The notes under the pieces: model-generated | What the model was told of the DNA's origin: nothing | The model's database searches: none | Seen by the model: the letters and a program-made list of their open reading frames with translations, nothing else | Assembly (NCBI GenBank): GCA_964187785.1 | Contig: OZ076409.1 | Location: 434,001-498,000, forward strand | DNA: 64,000 bases | Source of the DNA: Amphiscolops sp. MND2022 | Taxonomy: Eukaryota | Direction: 5' to 3' | Shown here: piece by piece, positions 21,601 through 32,725 of the stretch | Position numbering within the stretch: the stretch's first letter is position 1 | Layout of the letters: every line of letters begins with the position of its first letter | Made by a program: the position numbers and the translations under genes

Positions 21601-22694
21601 TCAACGCTATTTCCATGAAAGAGTTCCTGATGGACAGTGATTTTGGTCGCGAGTTGGTCACTGTCAAGACGGGTGAGATGCGGGAATTCCGCGTTAAATG
21701 CCGTGGGTGTATCGATCGGCTTGTGTCTTTGGTCCTGACTAGTACAGCTGTGACTTCTGCCGTTTCGCGAGGACTTTATGCTTTCTGTCCGGAGATTATG
21801 TTGGGAGGCGACGATCACCACATTTTCAAGTTGTTTGGCTCGCTTTGTGATTTATTCAGATCCTGCCACGTGATGTCTTCGGACGGCTTGAATGCTGCTA
21901 ATGCTGAGTTCAAAAGTTATGTGATAGAGAAACGCAGGCATTACGAGGATGCGACATGTGCTGCGAGTGAGATTCCTGACGTGGTTCAGTTTCTGTTGCG
22001 GGATTTTGCCTTCCAGTCTCGGACTCATGTATTTCGACTGTTTAAAATATGTTGTCTGGTGGTTGGAGTGCCAAAAAGTAGCCTTCCTGCGGTTACTATT
22101 GATTTGGGTGGTAGCGCGCTGAGTCCGACAGTGGTTCAGGATTGTGTATTGATAGTGCAGTCTCACATCGTAAGTCCAAGTTTCAATCCTCGATTGTTCT
22201 TTTCAGCATCGTTGCTTGTTGCAGTCCGGGAAGCTATTACAGAGTCAGGCATTTTCTTCAGGGTTGCCGATTTTGATGTATGGAAAGATTTTTGCTCTGG
22301 CGATATGGAGTCTTTTGTTGGGCATTATCGATCTTTGTATAAGAAGTATTTGATGGGACGACGGAGGGAGTACGACACTTTCTATGTGGAATGCAACAAG
22401 GCAAATCGGCGTTCTCGCGAGAGTCAGTGTTCAAGTTCAACTGAGGCCGGAAGTGCTACAAGTTCTGTTGTCGGTTCTAAGAAGGCATCGTCAAAGATTG
22501 CTTCGTCAAAGTCTGTGAAAGTAAATGCGTCTACTACTCGTTCATCAGCAAAAGTTGTGAGTAAGGAAGATGGAGCTGTTGCGAAAAAGAGTGGTGGGGG
22601 CAGTGTGTCTAGAAGGTCAAAGAAAGATAAGGGCAGTGATTCTGATGATTCTGATGTAGTCCACAAGTTGAAAAAGACATCTTCTAAGAATTAA
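18642..22694 (+). CDS. Eight-exon antisense accessory gene (~1054 aa): disordered N-terminus, CX2CX16HX5H zinc finger, hAT-transposase-like body, Ser/Lys-rich tail; this copy has 1-2 premature stops
   Basis: Exons 18642-18768, 18879-19130, 19238-19354, 19499-19621, 19739-20316, 20443-21063, 21179-21260, 21430-22694; all introns GT-AG, T-rich, 107-169 bp; phases join into one frame (3165 nt). TGA at 21564; last junction ambiguous (best sites create TAA). Confidence 0.8.
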
Positions 22695-22801
22695 TGGATA
22701 ACTGATGCTGATTCGATTTCCTGATGAATTATATCTTTTGATATACCTGTTATTTATATTCTTTGTTTTATGGTCTGATTGATTTCTACAAGTCACACCA
22801 G

Positions 22802-25800
22802 TCATTCGTTATAGTTACGTAGTTTTAGTAGATTGCGAAAATTGACGTAGTCATTCCGGTTCGGTTTGATATGCTGATTCTTTTGTCTAGTCTTGAGCTG
22901 ATCTCCCGTAGTGACTGAGTCGAGCATTCTGAAGTCAGGATTTACGTTAGGTCGTGGATTAGGTCTCAAATTATATCGCCCTACTTTCCTAGGATTATAT
23001 CCAATGACTATAGGCGGTAGTTCGGGTGTTTTGGGAGGGCTTTCTATAGGTGGCGGTGTAAAAATATAGGGGTTGTCGCTGACGTCCAAGTTAAATGACG
23101 TTATATTGTCGGAGGGTGTTTTATCTTCTGCAGTATTTTCATTTGTGGCTGTTTGAGCCACGTCATTTTCCGTTATATCTTCGCTTGTGGTTGTTTTAAC
23201 CACGTCATTTTCCGCTGTAATTTCATTTGTGATTGTTTTAACCACATCATTTTCCGTTGTAATTTCGTCGTTTCCTGTTGTGTCTGTGATTTCTATAACT
23301 GTGGCTTCTTCGGCGGCGTTTTCCGTATTGTTTCCGAACAGAACTTCTCCGAATTCGGTTTCCCAAGCTTGCGCGTACCAATCATTGTGGGTTGTTTTAA
23401 CCTCTGGATCTGGAAGGTAATCTTCCCTTCTGACTGTTACGTCAGGTACTCGCTGATTGGGCGCATATAGCTTTAGGCGAATTCTATGGAGGGTTTGAGT
23501 ATACCTAGTTCCTGTGCGACGTACGACGTAGTTATTGTTCGAGAGTGATTTGACTACTATGTAGGGTCCAGTCCAAATGCAATCTTTAAAGGCAAATTTC
23601 ATTGACTGGTTGTCTGCCTTCGGATTGAGGACGTAGCAGTAGTCGTTGACTTTGAGCGGTGTAGCCGTTGCTTTCTTGTCATAGTACTGTTTGTATTTGA
23701 GGTAAGACTGCATTAGGTTCTCTTTGGCAGCTTGGTGTATTTCGGCTATTTGTTTCTGTAGTTGGTCCGTTAGTTCTTCGTTGCTATCTTTTTCCCAGTT
23801 AGGTTTCAATCCAAGTTTCATGTCCAAAATGTTGTACGGGATGCGTCCGTGAAACACTGTTGTAGGTTCACAACCTAGGCTTTCATGGTAGCTTGTATTG
23901 TAATTCATGAGTGCAATCTGGACGTATTTGTGCCACATGGAACGTCGTTCTCCCGTTGATATCTTGAAAGAGGTTTTCAAAGAAGCATGGGTCCTTTCTA
24001 GGATGCCAATTGTTTGGGCGTGTTTCGTCGATGCGTGGTTTATCCGTATATCCAGTGTTTGTGCTATTTGGTTGACTACTTCTGACCTGAATTGTGATCC
24101 TTTATCCGTTAGAATGACGGTCGGTAGATAGCAGTGTCGTGTCATGACGTCTATTATGCATCGTGCGACTGTTTTTGCTGTCATATCCTGAGTCGGGTAA
24201 GCGAAAAGGTAACGCGAAAAAACATCCATCATCGTTATGATGTGTTGGTACCCATTTGAGGAAGGTAGATTTGGTAGAATGTCTACTTCTAGGCAGTCTT
24301 CTGGTCCCATTGTGAATTCAGTGTTGCTTAGCATTTTGGGACGTATCTGTCTCGTGTCTATTCTTTTATTGGCAATGCAATCCTGACAACTGGTTACCCA
24401 AGCTCTGATTTTGCGTGCAAGACCCGGGAAGTAGTATTTCGCTCTGCATTCTTGTATCATTTTGGTGATTCCTGGGTGTTTATTTGTTTTCCCATGTAGA
24501 GTGGACAGGAGTTCTGAGACTAGGTGTTTTGGAATTATAATTTGGTTATGTGTGACTGATCCGTCTTCTCCATAGTACTTTCGCATCAGAACTCCATCTT
24601 TCATTATGATTCTTTCTTCGTGGCGTAATAGGTTTTGTCCTCGTGGTTCAGTTTTGAGAAGGTGCTTGTCACATTCTTCGTGTGAGATCCGTTGTTTCAG
24701 TGCTTTGAGGAGGGGGTCTGCATCTTGTTCATTTCTGATCCGTGCATTTTCCTTGATTGCACCGAAAGAGTAGACTGCGGAGTTGAGTGGTATCTTGATG
24801 ACGTCGGTTATTTTTGTTGATAGGTCTCTTTCGTGTTCGTCTAGGGCACGTCGCTTGCTGAGTGCTTTTCGGGCAAAAATTTCTTGTTCAGATTCATCTT
24901 CTTCGTCTGGTAGGAAGAAAAGTTGTTCCTCGTCTGCTACATCTGATGATTGTAAATTAACCTCAATTGGGGACGTTAGGATGTCGTCTCGTAGTTTAAG
25001 TTGTACCTTTTCTTTCGGTGTAAGTTCAAGTCTTGAGAGAAAATCTGCTGCCGTGTTTTGGGAGCCTGCTACGTGCATGATTCGGAACTTGAATTGTAAT
25101 ACATAGTCACAGGCATTCCAGAGTGCAGAGGGTGTCGTTTTTGTCTGGAAGAAACTAGTTACTGAGCGATTGTCTGTTAAGACCAGCGTTGGAATTGTTG
25201 TTTCCCATAGTATGTGGCTGTATTCGAGGAAGGCATGGTAGATTGCTAAGAATTCCTTGCAGTAGATGGACATTTTCAGTTGTGCAGGTGAAAAAACTCG
25301 TTATCCGAACGCTACTGGTGCGAAGGTTTTTCGTTTGGAGAGTATTTTGCGTTCGTCGTTCTCCTCAATCATGAGGGCGTAGCCTGATGCACGAAAGCTT
25401 GCATCCGTCATTAGAACGTACTGTTTTCCTGCTATGGGCTGTCGGAGTGCAAGTCCACAAGCTTCCGCTAAACTGGCGTTAATTTCCTTAAAATTATCGA
25501 CAAGTTCTTCTGAAATTCTGATCTTGGAGTCTGCTTTGAGAAGTTCGTACATGCCGATGAGTTTTTCTGACAAGCGCGGTTTGTAGTTGCGGTAGTAGTT
25601 AACAAAGCCAATGTATTTTTGAACTTGTTTTTTGGATTTGGGGAAGCGGACTTGGGAGAGGAAATTTTTGACTTTTTTATCTTGCGGGGTTACTCCGTCG
25701 GGGGTGATGGTTCGGCCAAGGAATTCGATTTGGGTTACTCCAAAATGACATTTTTCGATGGTTAGTTTTAGTCCTGCTTTTCTAATGCATTTGAAGGCTG

Positions 25801-28180
25801 CTCTGATGTTCTTTATGAGCTGTTCCGTTGTGTTTGCGGCAATGCCAATGTCATCTACATATTGTGCACATTGGTCTGCTTTGATGACTGAGTCCAGATA
25901 CTCACGCATAAAGCTCGAAAAAACTGATAGAGCTCTGCTTAATCCTTGTGCCAGGCGACGGTAGGCGAACGTCCTACAAGCAAAATTGAAAGCAAGTAAT
26001 TCTACTGACCTTTGATCTGCCATTTGGAGGCAGTGGTACGCCTGGGAGCAGTCAAGCTTGCAAAATAGTTTTTTCCCTGCTAGGTGTTGTGCCGCATCTG
26101 AGAGGGTGCTGACAGGGTGGTTGTTTTTGATGTAGTCATCTGCTATGAGTGCGTTGATTTTGCGCAGATCCACCAGTAGTCTCAGCTTGCCGTTGGGTTT
26201 CCGTTGTGCAAATATGGGACTGGCATACTTGGAGAAGGGGAGTGTTGTGATGATTCCGTATCGATGCATGAGGGCCAGTTCTACAGTCAGATCTTCTTTG
26301 AGGTTGATGGGGACGGGTAGGCTTTGTGTGTAGACTGGTTTGTCGTCTTGTGGTGTTAGGCTGACTTTGAATTGTGTGTTCATCCCTATGTCTAGCCGGT
26401 GTCGAGCGAAGAAGTCGTTGAATTCGACAATGGTGTCCTCGAGGTTTTCACGGTCTTTGTTCGCAATCAGTGAATCTGTCCATTTGAACGTGGATAGAAA
26501 TTTGTTTCGAGACTCTTCGTTTTCGGTTGGGTCAAGTTTTTCTAACTCGGCGAGGTCTCGCAGTTCGCAGTTCTTTCAAGATTAGCTTTTGTATGGGCGA
26601 ATGTTCCTGTTCGTTGCCGGGGTGTTCTGGGGTCGGAAACCAGAATTTCTCTTCATTATCGTCGGGCCGCTCTACTTGCATTAGTGCATTAATGTACGTG
26701 ACTACATCGTCATGGTCAGTGAGGTGGTTTAGGGCGGCTATGTCAACTGGGCGGATCATCTTCGTTTCTTCGGGTTTCAGGATTTGCAATTCGGCCATTT
26801 TGGTGTTGGTGGCTATTGTGTATGGGAAATCCGTGGTGTTGGCGATTTTAATTGGTATCTTTTGTCTCTGGCTGTTGTAATCGCTGGGGCTACTATTACC
26901 TTCGCGCATTCATCGAATTGTGGTAGGGGTTGTATAGTGCCCGCTATTGAGTGTTCGATACTCACAGGGATTGTTGCGTAGATGATTCGGGTAGAGTGCG
27001 CTGGAATTGTATGCTTGGCTTCGGTCTTTATCGTGATGGGTTTGGGATTGCACTTTTGTCTTTCATCTGTGAGCGCCATCGTGATTTGGATCTTAGGAAA
27101 GTCGATGGTTCCTTGTGCCGTGTCAAGAATTGCGGCATGCTTACGTAGGAACGCTAATCCGATTATGGGGAATGACGTTTAATTCATGATAATGAATGTT
27201 TCTTCAAAGGTGTAATCCCCTATTTTGAAACGAAGGGTGTACGTGGCAAGTGGTTGTTCTAATTCAGCATTGGCATACTGCACTTTGAAAGGGGGTGGGG
27301 GTGCCTTATTGACGATGCACTGACTAGCGTGCTGTCGGAGTTTTTCAGTGTCCCTTTCACTAATAGCGTTAATGTACGCACCTGAGTCGACTAAAGCGTC
27401 GATTTTGATCATGTTGAATTCGACTGGTAGGAAAAGCATTCGTTTTTTCTTCTTGAGCGCGATGGAAGACATTAACGGGATGTAGTCGTCATCTTTGTCA
27501 TGTTGGATGAATTCCTTGATGGCATCTAGATCTTCAGGCAATTCTGAGGGACATTCGGTGATTTCTACGTCGTCGTTCATCAGTGCTGTGACGGGCGCAG
27601 TTTTTGGAGGGGTTACTGGAGGATCAACATTTTCTCGTTTTCGTCTTTCTTGATGTGCCCATATTGTTTTATCTTCAATGCAGAATATGTTTTCTGCGTC
27701 TATCGGTGTGGACGCGATGGTGACGGGTACTGTTGGGGATGGTGTTGTTCTTTTTAGAATTGGCGATGGTGGTGATGGTAGGTCCATGATTTCTGTGGAT
27801 TGAGCCTGGGGGTTTGGGACTTGTATTTTGAAAGAGAGTTTGTTAGTATCGTAAATGGTTGGTTCGTCCCAAGGGTCGCATCTGTAGTCTCTATCGTAAA
27901 TGAAGATACGCTCAGTTTTTGATTCCGGCAAGGGTCGCTTGAGTGTTGCGTAGTTATCTGGTGACTCTGTTATCCATTGGGGTAGTGGTGTCGGGTCGTC
28001 TGGATGTCTGGCATTGTGTCGGAGTATCATGCCTACGTTCCATCGGCGTTGCCAGTCCTGAGTTGGTTCTTCGTTACACTCTGTGAAAAAATCTTCTTCG
28101 TACCTATTTGGGGGGTCTTCGATGGTGTACGCCCTCGCGTCTACTTTTTCCCCGAAGCGTAGGCGCGGCGACTTCAGTTT
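22802..28180 (-). pseudogene. pol: pol polyprotein (aspartic protease, RT, RNase H, integrase) with one stop and about three frameshifts
   Basis: ALVDSGA protease; LRLLVDLRKIN, KLDCSQAY, LAQGL, YVDD RT; TDAS and TDNRS/AADFLSR RNase H; H..HPG..C..C plus D-ILP / TDKGSQF / ERTH integrase. Confidence 0.95.
23125..23275 (-). repeat. ~42-bp coding tandem repeat (ITxENDVVKT-like) in the integrase C-terminal tail
   Basis: EITTENDVVKTITN / EITAENDVVKTTTS / EDITENDVAQTATN / ENTAED. Confidence 0.75.
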
Positions 28181-29583
28181 TCTGCTTGGGACGACGTTGT
28201 AGGTACGGGTTGTTCGTCAATCTTGTTTGTTGGGATATTGAACTCACGTTTCCGTTTCCTGGGGTCATTTGCCGCATTGGCTCCGTCCCAGCAATTTTCG
28301 GTTTTGTGCATTTCCCCACAAGTATCGCATTTGGGTTTAGCTGTATCTGTTTGTTTGGTGTCTGTGGTACTTGTTTTTGTGGCGTAGTACCTGTCTTTGC
28401 GGAGGCGACGGCATTGTGCCTTGTAATGTCCGTATTTCCCACAGTGGAAACAGTAACCTCTCTGCTGTTGTTCTTTCTTATCGTCCGCCACTGCTGCGTC
28501 CACAGTGTTGAGGGGGACTAGAGTGGTTTCATCAGGCGCTCCTAGTCCGTTGAGTCGCATTTCGCGTTCAAGGTGTAAAACAATGTCGTTATAGGGCTTA
28601 TCTTCTAGGTAGGCTCTGTTAAGGATCTTTTTGACGTGATCCGGCATTTTAGCGTATATGGCTTTGTCGATGAACTTCTGGGCTTCTGAGCCAAACGCTT
28701 CTTTTGCGGTTTTTTGTAACGGGTCAAGAAATTCGTGGAGTTTTTGTTTAGTGGGGTCGAAATGTAGCGCATCCCACTCACATCTCGCTTTAGCGGATGA
28801 TTTGAAATCGCCAAAGCGACGTTTGAATGCCGTTATGACTTCTTCTAGGTTGTCTTTTTTAGTGTCATCTAGATTGGAATACGGTTGTAGCGCGTTTCCT
28901 CGTAGGAGTGAATGGAAGTAGTTGATCTTTTGTATCTCGGTTAACTGAGGGTACATTTTGATAATATTTCGGAATAGGTCCTCAAAAAGTTCAAACTTTT
29001 CGGACTTACCATCGAAGACTGGAAGTGAAGCTGTGAGTGCTTTCGGCATCGGAAGTAGATTGGTGGCTGGGAATGTTTGCGGTTGTGGCGCGAACAGTAT
29101 TTTGGATGTGGAAGGACGGTCTCTTGTTTGTTCGTTGGATGCGCGTTGTTGTTTCAATCTTTTCGTGGGTTGGTTGGTAGAGTCATTGAGGACTCCTGTT
29201 ACCATGTTACGACAATTTACCGGTGTTGTTTTAGAGTTAGTCGTATTATGAGTTTTGACGGGGGTAGACGTCCTTGCTACGGAAACGTTCTCTGTTTCAG
29301 AGTCAGAGTCTTGAGCATTGATGAGGACATTTTGTTTCTTGTTTAAAGGCGCTATCAGTTTAAGCATTTCCTTTTGATTTTCCGCAAGTATTTTGGTCAG
29401 GTCAGATATAATCTCTTTTCTTAGTGACGTTTTTATTTCAGCCAAGTTTTCTGGTTCTATCCTAGGAATCTTGCTAGAACTAGCTACAAGGGTTTCAGGC
29501 GGAAAGTTTTCGGTTACAGAGGTTTCGAAATCACCAGAGACCAATTCTGCTACAGCTTTCCTTTTCTGGCTTCTAGTTGTCAT
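28174..29583 (-). CDS. gag: Gag (469 aa from the first ATG) with two zinc knuckles; starts inside the 5' LTR
   Basis: Intact ORF; LPVFDGKSEKFELFEDLF capsid-like start, CFHCGKYGHYKAQC and CDTCGEMHKTENC knuckles; ATG at 29583 (the track start at 29634 is TTG). Confidence 0.92.
   Translation of the reverse strand: MTTRSQKRKAVAELVSGDFETSVTENFPPETLVASSSKIPRIEPENLAEIKTSLRKEIISDLTKILAENQKEMLKLIAPLNKKQNVLINAQDSDSETENVSVARTSTPVKTHNTTNSKTTPVNCRNMVTGVLNDSTNQPTKRLKQQRASNEQTRDRPSTSKILFAPQPQTFPATNLLPMPKALTASLPVFDGKSEKFELFEDLFRNIIKMYPQLTEIQKINYFHSLLRGNALQPYSNLDDTKKDNLEEVITAFKRRFGDFKSSAKARCEWDALHFDPTKQKLHEFLDPLQKTAKEAFGSEAQKFIDKAIYAKMPDHVKKILNRAYLEDKPYNDIVLHLEREMRLNGLGAPDETTLVPLNTVDAAVADDKKEQQQRGYCFHCGKYGHYKAQCRRLRKDRYYATKTSTTDTKQTDTAKPKCDTCGEMHKTENCWDGANAANDPRKRKREFNIPTNKIDEQPVPTTSSQAEN
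29187..29204 (-). promoter_or_regulatory. Primer-binding site
   Basis: TGGTAACAGGAGT directly follows the 5' LTR end; resembles the complement of a tRNA-Leu-type 3' end (tRNA identity not verified). Confidence 0.7.
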
Positions 29584-31530
29584 TTTGTTCGAGAGAAAGA
29601 GAGAGAATATCTTTGGAAATGTTGAATTCTTCAAAGATTTGTTTTCGTTATGATAACGGAACAGAACTGATTGTTACAAAGCAAGTCAAAAAACTAATTG
29701 ATTTACATGTATGTATTACATATTTATACCTTCCCAGCATCATTTGTTCCTCACCTAAAAATTCCTAGGTATCACAAAAATCGGGTTTGTTCAACAAAAA
29801 GCGCTAATGATTCATATTATTTCAGTCCCGCGTCATAAGATCAGGCATCAAAATTCCTAGTCGCGTCAGCGTTCCGTAAAATTTTGTTGAAGTCATTTTT
29901 GTTCAGGCGGTTCATATCCTGTTTGTGCTTCAAAATTGCGGCAAAATAGAAGTCTAGTTGACATTTTCATCAGCGTAGGCACGCCGGCGTGATCAATTAG
30001 TCAGCAATCAAGTTAGAAAGATTGAAGTCCGAAGCAAAAGAATGACACTCAAAAATGGCGACGAAATCGAGACGGAATGAGTCAACTTGGAAGCGGAAGG
30101 AAAATATGGAAATTTGGTATAAAGGAACAAACGATGCTGAACCGATAATCCCAAATTCAAACATATGAATTACCTGCTAATGGCATACTACATCATTTAT
30201 ACTGAACTCAAATTAAGTCCAAACGGGACCTTAACGGAATACAACAAAGATGAGCGCAACATATTTGTAATAATAAGTGAAAAGCAACTTCAACATTTTA
30301 CATAATAACCATGAAATTCATCAAAACATAATCAAAGTTTGGTCATTAGCCTGATTGTTGTTATCATAAATTACAACTGTTATTACTGACTTGAAAACAA
30401 GGAATTAGCGTTGACCTTACGTCTTGCATTAGGATTATTATTAAGATATTTTAAGTGCCATAGTAAATCAAGTAGATTTGTTCCATTAAGGAAGTACTAA
30501 GCAAAGCATAATGTCAACGCGATTTAGTGATTTACCATGATGATACAAATCCAGAACATAAAAATACCATCGCAATTCCTATCATCCTTCCTTGCAGTAC
30601 AGTTTTCCTTATATAAGAATCATAACTCTTAAATCTTTCAAATGCATCGATTTAAAAGGCTTCGTTAGGATTTCGTTTGAAGCAGTATTTCTCATTTGCG
30701 ATTTTACAACTCGCTCCGTAGATGCTACGTATTAAGATTATCTATAGCTGAACAGCAGAATACAATTTTACAATCCGCTCCGTAAGTGCTCCGTACGTAT
30801 TAAGGTTGCTTATAGCTGAGCAGCAGTAGTAAGCGGAGTGAAAACGGAGAGCGTAGGCGATTCCATTCTCTTTTCTTAGCTAGTAAGCGTTGCTAGGGGC
30901 AACCAAGCTTAATTCTACTGGTACCGGCTCGGATAATTCCGCCAGCAAGCGACGCTATTGGTCCGTAAAAATAGAAACGCCCGTCACTAGCCTAGTTGAG
31001 TGACGCTGTCATAACGTTGTAAACATTTACTTAAAATCACTTGACTGCGGTTTTAAGTGGATATTTAACAACTACTTTAAAATTGGAATACATTTCCACT
31101 CTATTTTTGTATGTTCTGACATTTTAGATCTTATGGACTCCGTTGGGATCTCGGAGTTAAATGTCGTTTCTATGTTTTCATTTTAGTGTGGAGCGCCAAA
31201 ATGATCCCGTTTGCAAAATTATTTAGTGTTTAGATTGGAATGGAAAACTCAGAAGATAAAACCGCAAATAAAACGGTGTTGCGTGTGAAAACATTAGACC
31301 GGAAGTTTTAGCTAGTTTAAAATCATTTCTGAAAATCTTCCGTAACGTTTACGTTGAATTCCGTATTTGGAAAATTATTCGCGCTTATTTAACTGTACTG
31401 TAAGTAGGATTTTGATTTGATTAGTTTAACAAAGTTTGAAAGTATTTACTCTGTCCTTGTCCATGTCCTCTGCCGAATCCCGGTATTCCAGAGCAGCAAG
31501 TAAAATTACGACCGGGAGCGGGTCGTGACA
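29205..31530 (-). repeat. 5' LTR (2326 bp)
   Basis: Direct repeat of 14935-17286; followed on the minus strand by the PBS. Confidence 0.97.
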
Positions 31531-32021
31531 CCATCGAAAATCTGATTTGATTGTAGAAGAAGAAACAAAAAATTGAAAGAGTTTTATGAAATGAAACATA
31601 ATTGGAATTGTCTCAACGAGTTATGATCGTTCTTTCAGCCCAAGTGCCGCAACAAATCAACAAAACAGCGTCAGAGATTTTGTCCAGTTGGCTACTGTTC
31701 AAATTCATAGCTATGTTTGAAGTGATTTAACAAGTCCGTCACAACAATTAGGCTAAAGGCTGAAAACACCACAATTGATGCTCAAAAAGCGCATATAATT
31801 CGACACATGCTCAGGACTTATTTCTGAAACACTCACATGAAAATGAGACTATTCAACAGTCGCATAGTGTCGAAAAAGTTGAAAGGGGACTCTTCGGGAT
31901 TTTTCAATTTTCAATCAGTTGCCAAACATCCAAAGTATGAAGAAGGGACACTTTGGAGACAAAAAATTTTTGATACGTCTCACAAACCCAGAAAAAAGAG
32001 TGAAGTCTCATAGTGCTGATA

Positions 32022-32725
32022 GAATGGGCGGAAACAGGTCGACGTAACTGGGTCGACTTTTAAAGTATTGACTCGGATCGACAAAATTAGTTTTAGAACC
32101 ACATCGAAGGGACACGTATTGCAGTCTAATTGAAGATTCCAGTCGAAAAGCCAGAGATAAAATTCTTCGAATTGGAATCATCGAATATAAAACTAACAAC
32201 AACACCAGATGACAAGCAACATGTTCATGAAGATGACAACATCGATTATCAGAAGACTGACTTCGTTTCGTAAGCATCAGATAATAAGTATGAAACGTGC
32301 CTCGAGTATAGCCCCATTTCCTCTAGTGCCCCGCCGACCCTTGAGGCTGCTCATGTTCTCATCTTGCCAAGCAAGGTCGAACAGGAGCGAAGACCTAGCG
32401 AGAACGTAGATCGCGAAGCGTTTGTAGTGGGAGCTGGTTTTTGCGACGGTGAGCGTGACCGTCCATACACACATATGCCCCATTCTATAAAAATTTTGCT
32501 TTTAGAATAAATCTGAAAACGTCAATCTGAAAACATACAGGAGGATAAAAAACCAGAAAATTGGGTTTGAGACTGTTAAAAAATCGACTCGAGCCAATAA
32601 TGTCAATACTCGACGCGAGGAATTCTATAACTTTCGACCAAAGTCAATTTGACCAAAAAACTTTGACCAGGTGATTGGGCCAGAGTCGATTCGACCTACT
32701 AAATTTGACCTGCGTATCGCACGCC
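32022..32725. mobile_element. Degenerate Mutator-like MITE related to the GGGTGG family
   Basis: TGGGCGGAAACAGGTCGA start, TCGA-rich arms, degenerate 9-bp TSD GTGC(T/C)GA(T/A)A; carries the shared ~175-bp module inverted. Confidence 0.5.

Larger units (their letters stand above)
14935..31530 (-). mobile_element. Full-length 16.6-kb Ty3/Gypsy LTR retrotransposon with two accessory genes
   Basis: Two LTRs bounded by TGTTACGAC...GTCGTGACA; perfect 5-bp TSD CCATC (14930-14934, 31531-31535); gag then PR-RT-RH-IN order. Confidence 0.97.

Noticed and set aside
18440..22790. Antisense gene as an independently inserted DNA transposon
   Set aside because: No TIRs or 8-bp TSD found by eye and catalytic motifs appear absent; cannot be fully excluded without sister copies
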